A DNA stretch of 64,000 nt from Candidatus Peribacteria bacterium (GCA_041691135.1 JBEPVF010000002.1:64001-128000), one strand, 5' to 3'; shown: positions 9,940-19,858, counted from the stretch's first letter. The notes: generated by a model from the letters alone, not told the origin. Made by a program: numbers and translations.

Positions 9940-10482
9940 TTATTGAACGCCTAACTTTTCTAACTCAATTTTTAGCAATCCGGAATAACGTCTCTCTGCT
10001 CTAATCTTTATAGTTTCGGCGTAACTTTGATCACTGGAAACTTGCCCCTCATTATCCAATACTTGAATACTTGGTTCGCCACCCAATGGAATAGTAATTC
10101 TCACCGTAACACTCTGAAAGATAAGAACCGCTACCTTCATATCTCCTTCTTCTTTTTCATCAATCCTGATTAATCCTTTTTCTGCATCAATTATTGCCCT
10201 AGCCATGGCCAGACCTTTTGCTTTGCGTATTTTTTTTGCAGAATCCAGATCAACAATTTTTTCTTGATCCCCGTTAGAACTTTCTGGCTCTACAGGTATA
10301 GAAGACAGTGAACCACTCGCCTCAACTTGGCTGCGTGTGTCGCTTCGAATGTCTCCAATAGATGCAGCTACATTATCAATAAAGGCCTCTAGTGCTTGTA
10401 TGGCTTCCGGGTCCACTCCTGTACGCAGAGTTGCTAGATGCCTGCGCGCCTCTCTTATTTCGGACGAATCAATTGTGCTCAT
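9940..10482 (-). CDS. Hypothetical protein (AT-rich orphan)
   Basis: 180-aa ORF with TTGACA-17-CATAAT-6-ATG promoter. Confidence 0.7.
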   Translation of the reverse strand: MSTIDSSEIREARRHLATLRTGVDPEAIQALEAFIDNVAASIGDIRSDTRSQVEASGSLSSIPVEPESSNGDQEKIVDLDSAKKIRKAKGLAMARAIIDAEKGLIRIDEKEEGDMKVAVLIFQSVTVRITIPLGGEPSIQVLDNEGQVSSDQSYAETIKIRAERRYSGLLKIELEKLGVQ

Positions 10483-10761
10483 ATTGTTATTATGACATTT
10501 AAAATTTTAATTGTCAAATAACTAAGATTGCCTATATTTCGCTTATATAGGGCATTGGTTGGATATTCTAGAACATTTTCTTGAATCAGTTAGTAAGCCA
10601 AACTGAAACAAGTTGGGAAATTCCAAATGGAACCATGATAGTTATGACGAGCGCGTTCGGCCGATCGATTGGAATCGCGCGGAATGTGCGGGAAAAGATT
10701 CGATAGCTCTATTACAAAACGGACCGACCTCTGTGAGATCAGTCCGTCAGAGGAAACTCTC

Positions 10762-11868
10762 TTAGTTACTTGGGACGGTGATCGTGTTGGCCTGGAGTGT
10801 TACTGCTCCAATGCGCGCGAGCAGACGACCGTCGACTTTGGCACCTGTTTGAAGCGAGATGGACTGGTCGGCAAGAATGCTGCCTTTGAATGTAGCATTC
10901 GCCTCGAGGTTGGCAGAGGTACCGACTTGCCAGAAAATGTTGGATGCCTTGGCCCCACCCATGAGGATGATCTGGCGTCCGGTCGTGACATTCAGCGTCG
11001 ATGCCATTTGGAAGATGAAGATGGCGTTGCTGTTACCTCTTGCATCGAGCGTGAGATCGCCGGAGCTGATCTCCAGTCCGGACGTGGATTTGTAGAGACC
11101 AGGAGTGAGCACTGTTCCGCCCAAATTGCCCGCGACACTCACGGGAGCCACCGTGCGACCGGCGAGATCATTGTACGCAATGGTCAGTGCGGTTTGCGCT
11201 GACGCGGTAGCTGTATCGGTCTGATGAATCGTTCCCACCGTCACCACTCCCGGTCCAAACCCCGTGACTGCACTTCCAGGACTGACGCCTACATCACCTG
11301 CAACAGTGGTGAGACCGGTGTTGGTAACAGTGGAACCAGCCAGCACACCAAAGGTGGCTGCTGCGCCGAGTGATACTGACGATTGAGTGCCAGATGCAAC
11401 CGAAGAGGAAGACATCGATGAAGAAGAATTTGAGCTTGAGGAAGAACTCACACTTGTATTAGAGGAAGAAGACGACGAGGAGCTTGAACGAGAAGATGAC
11501 CTCGATGAAGAGGAAAGACTCGAACGAGAGGAAGATGACAACGGGGATGGAACATCAAAGCCGGCATGGAATTGACGGTGGAGCATATTTCTCGTCTGAA
11601 CCATGATGCGACGCGCTCGATTATATGCGGGGGTTCCTTTCTCTGATGCGTGAACGCTGTACCAACGTAAAAGTGCGGTTTCGGCATCACGGTGATACTG
11701 ACGGTGACCAGGAACGTTTGACGCGGAATCAGCATGTGCCGCGGTCCATTCGGGATTCGGGGTCTGTATAAAGCCGTCATTCGGTTCGACGGTTGCGGCT
11801 GCAAATGCCGATGGAATAAAGGCACACAGCGTAAAAAGAGCCAGCCTAATGGAGGGATTTTTTCTCAT
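10762..11868 (-). CDS. Secreted DUF3494 ice-binding-like protein with His-containing N-domain and Ser-rich linker
   Basis: Signal peptide; LGAAATFGVLAGSTVTNTG...LTPGLY...FIFQ...NIFWQVG...GRLLA, typical of DUF3494. Confidence 0.9.
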   Translation of the reverse strand: MRKNPSIRLALFTLCAFIPSAFAAATVEPNDGFIQTPNPEWTAAHADSASNVPGHRQYHRDAETALLRWYSVHASEKGTPAYNRARRIMVQTRNMLHRQFHAGFDVPSPLSSSSRSSLSSSSRSSSRSSSSSSSSSNTSVSSSSSSNSSSSMSSSSVASGTQSSVSLGAAATFGVLAGSTVTNTGLTTVAGDVGVSPGSAVTGFGPGVVTVGTIHQTDTATASAQTALTIAYNDLAGRTVAPVSVAGNLGGTVLTPGLYKSTSGLEISSGDLTLDARGNSNAIFIFQMASTLNVTTGRQIILMGGAKASNIFWQVGTSANLEANATFKGSILADQSISLQTGAKVDGRLLARIGAVTLQANTITVPSN

Positions 11869-11955
11869 GGGATGAATATGGAGGAACAAAACTGAGAGCG
11901 AATGCCCGCAATTGCAATTGAGACGTGCTACGGGTCGAAAACTTACACCACTACC

Positions 11956-12483
11956 TTATATATGTGTTGCAGACGCTGGCGCAACGACATGCGTTTCATG
12001 AAAGGGTGTCCGCGGGTTCTCTCGCATACGCTGGTTAATCCGCTCAGCTAGCCACTGAAAGTACTCACCGAGAAAAGGATCCGACTGGTTCTCGCGTATA
12101 TCCAGGAAAATTATTTTGTATTTCTCCCACGCCACCGTCACGAATGAGCCGAGCGTCTTATCGACCAGATCTATATCGATGAGCTGCTCGGCAACAAGGA
12201 TGCCGAGCGATTCCATCGACTGCGCGAGTTGGATGAACGTGAGCTGCTCATCTTCGGGAAGCGTCTGCAATTCATCGCGGCTGGAGGGCACCGTATGCGA
12301 CGTAACGAAGTGAAGAAGTTCTGCAAATTCACGCGTTTGGAAGTAACGCAGCGTCTCGAGCGTCAGCCGCTCACGGCGATCGCGCTCCGCCGCTCGAACC
12401 TGCGCGATACCAAAGATAAGCGCCACAACGAATGACAGCGTGAGGGCGACGTTGGCGATGAGGGTGATGGTTTCGCTCACCAT
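11956..12483 (-). CDS. Hypothetical protein with N-terminal TM helix
   Basis: 175-aa ORF with hydrophobic N-terminus; divergent from the hydrolase gene. Confidence 0.7.
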   Translation of the reverse strand: MVSETITLIANVALTLSFVVALIFGIAQVRAAERDRRERLTLETLRYFQTREFAELLHFVTSHTVPSSRDELQTLPEDEQLTFIQLAQSMESLGILVAEQLIDIDLVDKTLGSFVTVAWEKYKIIFLDIRENQSDPFLGEYFQWLAERINQRMRENPRTPFHETHVVAPASATHI

Positions 12484-12533
12484 AAAATCTATTCCTTTAT
12501 ATCACAATCATAGTCGAGTTACACTACAGACAA

Positions 12534-13298
12534 ATGGCATCCTCTCAGCTCCTCTCCTTCACCGAATATGGATCGGGTCCGCCACTCCTGCTCGTCCATG
12601 GATTGATGATCACCGGCGAGATGTTCGAGCCCGTCATCAAGCGACTTGCAACCCGACATCGCGTCATTGTCCCCGACCTACGCGGCCATGGACGAAGCCG
12701 AGGACTTCCGCCGCCGTATACGGTTACGCAGCTCGCAGCAGATTTATCGCATCTGCTCGACCATCTGAGCATCGATTCTATCGCAATACTCGGTTACTCA
12801 CAGGGCGGCGCTGTTGCACAGCAATTGGTCCTAGATTATCCGAAACGATGTAACCGACTCATACTCGGTTGTACGTATGCGTACAACATGGCGACCCTTC
12901 GCGAGAAAATCGAAGGCCACGTTGTGCCATTTCTCATAAATCTTCTTGGCATGAGACGATTTGCCACATTCGTCATTTCCCAGGGATTGAAACAGGTGAC
13001 TAAGGAACGTGCTGATTGGGTCGTCGGCCTCATCGCGGACCAGGACCGTAAGTCGATGGTGTCCGCATGGAAAGCGGCGATGATGTTTGACAGTAGAAAT
13101 CGTCTGACCGAGATCAAGTGTCCGACGCTCATTATCCCCGGCTCGAAAGATGAAGCAGTCCCGCTCCACCACGCGAAGATGCTTCACGATGGCATCACCG
13201 ATTCCAAGCTCGTCATTATCGATGGCGCCGACCACGCCCTCATCTGGGCACGAACAAAAGAATTTTTAGAAGTGATCGAAGGATTTCTCGCGACCTGA
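12534..13298 (+). CDS. Alpha/beta hydrolase
   Basis: LVHG, PDLRGHG, GYSQGG nucleophile elbow, D and GADH triad residues. Confidence 0.92.
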   Translation: MASSQLLSFTEYGSGPPLLLVHGLMITGEMFEPVIKRLATRHRVIVPDLRGHGRSRGLPPPYTVTQLAADLSHLLDHLSIDSIAILGYSQGGAVAQQLVLDYPKRCNRLILGCTYAYNMATLREKIEGHVVPFLINLLGMRRFATFVISQGLKQVTKERADWVVGLIADQDRKSMVSAWKAAMMFDSRNRLTEIKCPTLIIPGSKDEAVPLHHAKMLHDGITDSKLVIIDGADHALIWARTKEFLEVIEGFLAT

Positions 13299-13492
13299 TT
13301 GCAAGCAACTGCAGATGAATTTTGTGGCTGGACATCCTAACGCTTATCCGAACTTATTCAGCTACTAGAAGTTTCTATCCATGATGACTTCCCGATATGT
13401 TTCTTTTCGGAGCTACTGACAATCTACCAAGTTCTCCAAAAAAGTATCATTGGCGAAATTTTAAATGGGTCAACACTGTCTTGCTCAGCAAA

Positions 13493-15094
13493 TCATTGAC
13501 ATGACGTGAGCGTGAAAAACATTGCCTTTCCATCAGTGAAGAACTGGTCACCTGTGAAATTCTTTCCCAGAGTTGGCGGCACCAGTTTCAGAAGCTGAGT
13601 TTTTATCACGCTGTTGCCAGCGTGAAGATCGGCAACCAGCAGATCCCGTTCTGTGTCGATGTCTGGCGCAATGGCATGGGTGATACCCCATTTGATTCCC
13701 GTATCGAGACTCACCGTACCAACATAGAGAGAGCCATCGATTGTTTCATAGCCCGTTTTCCAGAAACGTGCATGGTGTCGGGTACGCACTGATTGCTTCG
13801 CCGTTTCCTCTTCAAATCCGAAATCATGTGGGCGCGTATCATAAAACGATGGTGTCATGGGAGCTGTTGGATATGTTGTATTAAACAGTGCAGCACCAAT
13901 TACCTTCCTCATGGATGCGAGGGAGACTCTATCCGCAAGCATCCAATGTGCATTCTGGAAGTCCTGAACGAAACATGTGTCTTTCGCAACGATAATGAGA
14001 TTAATCGGCTCCTGTCTGACACCAGTCAGAGTCTCGGTATAGACGGGAAGTTTTCCTTGCTCAAAGAGAGCGACAATCCCGTCCGGCGCAATTTTTTGAG
14101 AAACTGGACGTTTTGTTTGTACCCAAGGCGATGGAGAGATCATATGGACGCCGATAACAACGCACATTTCGATAATTCCAAGAATACCGAGATGCAAGAG
14201 CGGAAAAGAGAAGGTTTTTATCTTCCCGTGTGAGAGAAACCATTCGGTTATGTTGATCGCGAAGAGTAATCCGAGAAGTCCCACAAGGTCGCCTGCAAGT
14301 ACGTCGCTCAAATAATGTACCCCGAGGTACAAACGGCTGAAATCGATGAGGACAATCGCAACGACGGCAAGAAAGAGGGCGTTGACACGCACGACCCAAC
14401 GCGTATGTGTACGAACAATGAGGTACGCAAGAAAGCCGTAGAAGGCGACTGCAGTCGTTGCATGGCCACTTGGAAAAGAGAACGAATCTTCCGTGATCGC
14501 ACGCAAGAGGATATCGGGTCTCTCGCGGTGGAAGACGATTTTCCCAAAGTAGGTTATCCCCTCGCTGACGGCGAGCGCGAGCCACAGGCTAGCAATGAAG
14601 ACTCGGTTACGCTGAATCCAGAGGAGAAAGCTAAGGAGTATCGCAATGGCGATAATCACGCCTGATGTCCCAAACAGAGTCACGAGGTAAAAAAAGTGAA
14701 GAATTCCCGGTTCGCGGAAAGCATAGAGAAGATTTGCAATGCGTTGGTCTGCCGCGATCAGCGGATTACCAAAGAGAAATGCTCCGATGATGCTCAAGAA
14801 AAGAAATATGATGTATACCAATGCCAGCGTGATGATCGTAAAAGGCAGACCGAAGAAACTCGCTTTCGAGAAACGGTTTCTCAGGAATTGAAGAGGCCTG
14901 TGATTTCGCTGAATCCACTGTAGGACATATGGATTTTTGAAAAAAGCGTCTTTCTGAGAATGCCAGAGAGATCCAGCTATTTTGAAAGCAATTTCACCGC
15001 GAGTTATCATCCACCGCCAGGACCAAATTACGATTGCGAAAACGAGGACGATGACAAGCACCAAGCCAAGAAAGGAAGAGAAGAACGAAGGCAT
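13493..15094 (-). CDS. PAP2 phosphatase fused to LssY-like C-terminal domain
   Basis: KIVFHRERP, SFPSGH, SRLYLGVHYLSDV; C-terminal EPINL...RHHARFW...DIDTERD...FFTDG. Confidence 0.9.
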   Translation of the reverse strand: MPSFFSSFLGLVLVIVLVFAIVIWSWRWMITRGEIAFKIAGSLWHSQKDAFFKNPYVLQWIQRNHRPLQFLRNRFSKASFFGLPFTIITLALVYIIFLFLSIIGAFLFGNPLIAADQRIANLLYAFREPGILHFFYLVTLFGTSGVIIAIAILLSFLLWIQRNRVFIASLWLALAVSEGITYFGKIVFHRERPDILLRAITEDSFSFPSGHATTAVAFYGFLAYLIVRTHTRWVVRVNALFLAVVAIVLIDFSRLYLGVHYLSDVLAGDLVGLLGLLFAINITEWFLSHGKIKTFSFPLLHLGILGIIEMCVVIGVHMISPSPWVQTKRPVSQKIAPDGIVALFEQGKLPVYTETLTGVRQEPINLIIVAKDTCFVQDFQNAHWMLADRVSLASMRKVIGAALFNTTYPTAPMTPSFYDTRPHDFGFEEETAKQSVRTRHHARFWKTGYETIDGSLYVGTVSLDTGIKWGITHAIAPDIDTERDLLVADLHAGNSVIKTQLLKLVPPTLGKNFTGDQFFTDGKAMFFTLTSCQ

Positions 15095-15368
15095 CAGATC
15101 GCAGTATACGCACAGCGGTGCTTCTCGCGATACCTGCCGAGCCCGAAGGCGAGGATGGAACTCTGTAACTCCAGCGAGTTTGAAGAAGGATCAAGTCGCC
15201 ATTTTAGGGAACTATTTGGATCTAGGAGCACGCTCAAAACATTGAAAAAGTAGCGAATACTTTTTGCCTTCCACTTGAGCTGGCTGGGACTGGTGGATGA
15301 TTTGCGAAATATCGACTTACTCCATCTAATGGAGACATCGATTGATTCACTTCTATTAAAAATTAAAC

Positions 15369-18300
15369 TTATGTTTTCGATTTTTTATCCTGACTGAATG
15401 ATGGATGATCGCCAAAAATTGCACGCCCGAGTAATTGACGTGGTTCCCGACAATCTATCGGATCTCCTTCTATTCCAAATAATCTCGCAAGGGCAGTTAA
15501 ACCTGACCCTATTTGAGCAAAATTTAATCCTTTACGTTCTATCTTAGAAAGCTGCGACCAACTCTCAGGTGTGTACCTCTCTTGAATTAATAATCGAACA
15601 CGCTCACGCTCCTTATCTTCAGGATCTCCATAGTTTTCAGGCCAGATAGCCCTGCCTAATTGATGACGAGCGACTGTACTTTTAGCGTGACCTTCTATAT
15701 TAAATAGTGTTGCAATTGCAGCTAATCCAAATTCTGTTCCCGCAAAATTAATACCTTGTCGATCTTCATTATCAATTTTCGCCCAACTCTCAGGTGTGTA
15801 CCTCTCTTGAATTAATAATCGAACGCGCTCACGCTCCTTATCTTCAGGATCTCCATAATTTTCAGGCCAGATAGCTTTACCTAACTGATGATGAACAACT
15901 GCATGTTTAACCGGGTCTCCCTCTAGCTTAAAGAGAGTCGCAATACCTACAATGCCAAATCCTGTTCCCGCAAAATTAGCACCCTCGCGATCTTTTGACT
16001 TCAACTGCGACCAACTCTCAGGTGTGTACCTCTCTTGAATTAATAATCGAACACGCTCACGCTCCTTATCTTCAGGATCTCCATAGTTTTCAGGCCAGAT
16101 AGCCCTGCCTAATTGATGACGAGCGACTGTACTTTTAGCGTGACCTTCTATATTAAATAGTGTTGCAATTGCAGCTAATCCAAATTCTGTTCCCGCAAAA
16201 TTAATACCTTGTCGATCTTCATTATCAATTTTCGCCCAACTCTCAGGTGTGTACCTCTCTTGAATTAATAATCGAACGCGCTCACGCTCCTTATCTTCAG
16301 GATCTCCATAATTTTCAGGCCAGATAGCTTTACCTAACTGATGGTGTGCTGCTGTACTCGCATGTGGATTACCATCTACATTAAAAAGGCTAGCAATAGC
16401 ATATATACCTTTACCTGTATTGCAAAAATTAGCACCCAAACGATCATCTTTAGGAATTTTTGACCAACTCTCAGGCGTGTACTTCTCTCTAATTAATGAG
16501 CGAACGCGCTCCCGCTTCTTACTCTCAGGATTTCCATAATTTTCTCCCCAGATAGCCTCACCCAATTGATGGTGTGCCGCTGTGATCGCACAAGGATTAC
16601 CATCTATATTAAAAAGGCTAGCAATAGAACGTAAACCTATTCCACTTCCTGCAAAGTCTGAGCCAGCACGATCTTTTGCCTTTAAGTTGGCCCAAATATC
16701 AGGCGTGTAAGCCGCCTTAATTAAGGCTATCACTTCTTCTTTTGTCTTTGGCCGATCAACGCATACAGTGCTCCCATCCGCCATCGTACAAATTGCCTCA
16801 GGATCTTCTCCATTAAAATCCAACGCATCCGCAAATCGCATCGGTTTCCGTCCACGTTTCGCATTCTTCTTTAGGGTCCAATTAGTCTCGAACACAAGGC
16901 AGTCCTCTTTCACACGCCCTTCCTCATCCGTGTAGCTTCTCGCTCCTCGTCCAACATACTGAATCGTTTTTGCTGCGCTCGTGATGCGACCAGAAATGAT
17001 GGCATTAATCTCTTCTCTATTGAAGCCAGTCGCCAGCTTCTCAACACTTACAATGAGATCAATGTCTCCACGACTGAGTGCATCCACTGCTTCGTTAATA
17101 ACAGCCTGTCCTGCTCTTCCCTTTGCCTCTTTGCCAGTGACAATACAACATTTCAGCCCATGGGCTTCCGCCTCTGTAACAAACTTTTCGCACTCAGCAT
17201 GGTTCGTGAAGAATCCCATGCCGCGCAGTGGCATTCGATGTTTCATTTTCTTCTGCGTATGGCTATAGGTTTGCAGAACCTCTGCATATTCTCCCGCCAG
17301 TTTCCCATAGATTCCTTCGCGCTCAAGAATTGCTGCTTCTTTTTCTTCACTTAGGTACCCGCTCAGTTCTCCCTCATACACGGAGCCATCGCATTGAATG
17401 ATCTTAAAGGGAACAACAAGACCCGCTTCTACCATTTCTCGGTGATACACTCTTCCGAGGAAGTGCGGAAAGAATTGCCTAACCGCTTTCTTCGATCCGC
17501 GTGGCGTCGCAGTCCAAGCTATTTTCAATGACTTCACTCCCGTTTGCTCAGCCAGATGCGTAAGAGTTTCCCTTTCTGCTTCTATCATTTCCCTCTCCTC
17601 TTCAGCATCACCATTCTGCGGAGCATCGATTTCGGTGATACTCTCCTGCATGCGCTCGCCGAGCGCCTGATGATGCACCTCATCGCAGTTCACCAGCTTG
17701 CATTGTGTTTTGATGAACGTGGCGTACTCACCACCCTTGCGCATGAGCGCTGAATGTCCAGCGTAAGTGGCAATCGTGTGCTTACGTCCAATTTCCTTTG
17801 TGCCTCCACCAACAATGCCAATCTGATTTTCTGGGATACCGCCGATTTTCATCATGTCTTTTTTCGTCTGATCGAGCAGGTTATCAAACGGAACAAGCGT
17901 TAGTGTGGGCACATCCATCAAGGCAATATCAATGGCGAATGCGCCGGTCTTGCCAGCACCTGTGGGCTGCACTTCATAGGTCATCAATGAACGATCTATG
18001 TCATGGAGTGCGGGGCCATCTTCTTCAGTATCGACTGGTTGTCCTCTGCCTGTTTCCAGAAAAGTAATCAAATGTTCCAAATGAGCATCTTGGTTAATGC
18101 GCATCTGCATACCTTTACGTTTCAAGCTACCTTGGAACCCACGCCAGTTCATTTTGATATTCCGAATAAGCTCAAGACGAAGTTGTAGCCTCTCAATATT
18201 TTCTCGCACATTCTTCATCTCGGGTGTTTCTTCTAGCGTCTCTTTCGCTCGTTTGCGCGTCGTTCCTCGATGTGTATCGATAAGTGCCAGTCGGTTTTGT

Positions 18301-18374
18301 TCGGCCTGCTCAATCTCTTGGCTGACAATTTTCTCTGCCTGCGTAATTTTCTTGAAGAGACTGTCTGGCGGCAT
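15369..18374 (-). CDS. SF2 (ResIII/XPB-like) DExH helicase with six C-terminal ~75-aa repeats
   Basis: QPTGAGKT, DEVH, TAT, LATGFN, QYVGRGAR; repeats ERVRxLIxExYTPESW...HQLGxAIWPENYG. Confidence 0.9.
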   Translation of the reverse strand: MPPDSLFKKITQAEKIVSQEIEQAEQNRLALIDTHRGTTRKRAKETLEETPEMKNVRENIERLQLRLELIRNIKMNWRGFQGSLKRKGMQMRINQDAHLEHLITFLETGRGQPVDTEEDGPALHDIDRSLMTYEVQPTGAGKTGAFAIDIALMDVPTLTLVPFDNLLDQTKKDMMKIGGIPENQIGIVGGGTKEIGRKHTIATYAGHSALMRKGGEYATFIKTQCKLVNCDEVHHQALGERMQESITEIDAPQNGDAEEEREMIEAERETLTHLAEQTGVKSLKIAWTATPRGSKKAVRQFFPHFLGRVYHREMVEAGLVVPFKIIQCDGSVYEGELSGYLSEEKEAAILEREGIYGKLAGEYAEVLQTYSHTQKKMKHRMPLRGMGFFTNHAECEKFVTEAEAHGLKCCIVTGKEAKGRAGQAVINEAVDALSRGDIDLIVSVEKLATGFNREEINAIISGRITSAAKTIQYVGRGARSYTDEEGRVKEDCLVFETNWTLKKNAKRGRKPMRFADALDFNGEDPEAICTMADGSTVCVDRPKTKEEVIALIKAAYTPDIWANLKAKDRAGSDFAGSGIGLRSIASLFNIDGNPCAITAAHHQLGEAIWGENYGNPESKKRERVRSLIREKYTPESWSKIPKDDRLGANFCNTGKGIYAIASLFNVDGNPHASTAAHHQLGKAIWPENYGDPEDKERERVRLLIQERYTPESWAKIDNEDRQGINFAGTEFGLAAIATLFNIEGHAKSTVARHQLGRAIWPENYGDPEDKERERVRLLIQERYTPESWSQLKSKDREGANFAGTGFGIVGIATLFKLEGDPVKHAVVHHQLGKAIWPENYGDPEDKERERVRLLIQERYTPESWAKIDNEDRQGINFAGTEFGLAAIATLFNIEGHAKSTVARHQLGRAIWPENYGDPEDKERERVRLLIQERYTPESWSQLSKIERKGLNFAQIGSGLTALARLFGIEGDPIDCREPRQLLGRAIFGDHPSFSQDKKSKT
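15552..16344. repeat. Near-identical ~340-bp direct repeat at 453-bp period inside the helicase repeat array
   Basis: 15552-15891 matches 16005-16344; protein repeats 3 and 5 are identical. Confidence 0.9.
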
Positions 18375-18409
18375 AACGTATATTATTGTTTATTTTGGAT
18401 TATTGTCAA

Positions 18410-18484
18410 TGGCTGGGGAGGAGGGATTCGAACCCCCGAATGCCTGCTCCAGAGGCAGGTGCCTTACCACTTGGCTACTCCCCA
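18410..18484 (-). tRNA. tRNA-Gln(CTG)
   Basis: TGGGGAGTAGCCAAGTGGTAAGGC-ACCTGC CT CTG GA GCAGG...GGTTCGAATCC...CCCCAGCCA. Confidence 0.97.
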
Positions 18485-18656
18485 TTATGACCGAGACTAC
18501 AGTGGAGGAATGACTGAAACCTTTCTACTTGCCGGCCGAAGCTGGAAGCGAAGGCTGGGCTACTCCCCAATGTACGACGATGCTACCACATCAGCTGATG
18601 CGGGAGCAGATTATTGATGATACGAAGCGAAATGCCAAGTCCCAAAATGGCTCTTC

Positions 18657-19016
18657 CTAGTCATCCCCTCTCTGTTCGTCTTCGTATTGCCCTTGCTGCC
18701 CTGCCTGATCTTGTTGCTGGCTCTGTTCTAATACAGCCTCGACCGTCGGCTTGGCATTGGAGGTCAGAATATTCTGTCGCAAGTTCTCTTCGCGCGTTTC
18801 GGTTTTGAAGGCTTCGGACTGCCGTTTCGTCTCTTGATCCTTCTTCCCCTGGTCCTGCACGAGGTTCTTCAAAATCGAGAGCATCAGCTTACTCAGGCTC
18901 TTCTTTTCGACTTTCTTGGCCAACTTCTCCTTCTTTTCCTGCTTACGATGGTCCGCCCGCTCGACCGATCGGGCAGTACTCAGGGATTCCGATAGATTGT
19001 CATCATCCCATGCCAT
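18657..19016 (-). CDS. Hypothetical charged/low-complexity protein between the two tRNAs
   Basis: MAWDDDNLSES... K/E/Q-rich ORF. Confidence 0.65.
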   Translation of the reverse strand: MAWDDDNLSESLSTARSVERADHRKQEKKEKLAKKVEKKSLSKLMLSILKNLVQDQGKKDQETKRQSEAFKTETREENLRQNILTSNAKPTVEAVLEQSQQQDQAGQQGQYEDEQRGDD

Positions 19017-19098
19017 AGCGTCTGATTGTACTCCTGAGGGCAATTATGGGCGAATGCTCTTCTTTATTACTATTGCATACTACATACTTCCCTTATCT

Positions 19099-19175
19099 GC
19101 CTCTGTAGCTCAGTTGGATAGAGCGCCTGGCTTCGAACCAGGAGGTCGTGGGTTCAATTCCTGCCGGAGGCACCA
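19099..19175 (+). tRNA. tRNA-Arg(TCG)
   Basis: GCCTCTGTAGCTCAGTTGGATAGAGC..CCTGG CT TCG AA CCAGG..GGTTCAATTCC..GAGGCACCA. Confidence 0.97.
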
Positions 19176-19675
19176 CGTAAAATCGCGCGCAGCGAAGCGG
19201 GCAGCAGATTTTATGTGCCACGTACAGCGCAGCTGTTTTACGTGGCTGCGCACGATCACGTGGCGCAGCCATAAGATATAAATAGTTTATCTTGAACGTA
19301 ACGAAGTGAAGCCGAAGAATGTCGTTTGAGCGCTTAGCACTTTTACGCGACCTCCAAGATTAACCTGACTCTTACCAGTCAAACGCCAAACAATCCCCTT
19401 TAAGCCGTTATATAGTCTATTGACAATATTTGCTATATTTAACAAATTATTGTATTATATACATATACTTTTCCTGCTTCTCGCATAAAAACACTCGTGG
19501 GAAGTGCCCTCCGCGCGCTGGCAAATCGTTCTATCGTGCCACCAAAAGACTCCAAAGCAGATACTCTTGAAAAAGACCCTGTCGTAATAAAAAACTAAAG
19601 GTAATTCCTTGGGCAATCGAATTTGTTTCGAATTTCGTCCTCGTGTTTATAATTTTTCCTGAAGATATAAATTCC

Positions 19676-19845
19676 TTGCCTCAAGCCTGCACGGATGTTA
19701 CGTTTTGCCCGATGAATACTGCTTACATCCTCAACTGCTCGCCTTGCTCCTCCAGCTCATCTTGTGAGCGGGAACCAAGGTAGTCACACGCAGACGAGAC
19801 GACCTTTGCAACCCTCACAAGCACGCGAGGGTTATTTTTATTTTG
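19676..19845 (+). promoter_or_regulatory. Putative leader-peptide transcription attenuator (promoter, 23-aa leader, terminator/antiterminator)
   Basis: TTGCCT-17-TACGTT; ORF 19712-19783 MNTAYILNCSPCSSSSSCEREPR; AACCCTC..GAGGGTT followed by a T-run; CTTGTGAG complementary to CTCACAAG. Confidence 0.65.
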
Positions 19846-19858
19846 TTACTTCTCTCTC

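Noticed and set aside
15400-16745. Possible CRISPR array or DGR template/variable repeat
   Set aside because: The repeats are in-frame protein repeats of 225-228 nt with no spacers, cas or RT gene, and differences are not adenine-specific
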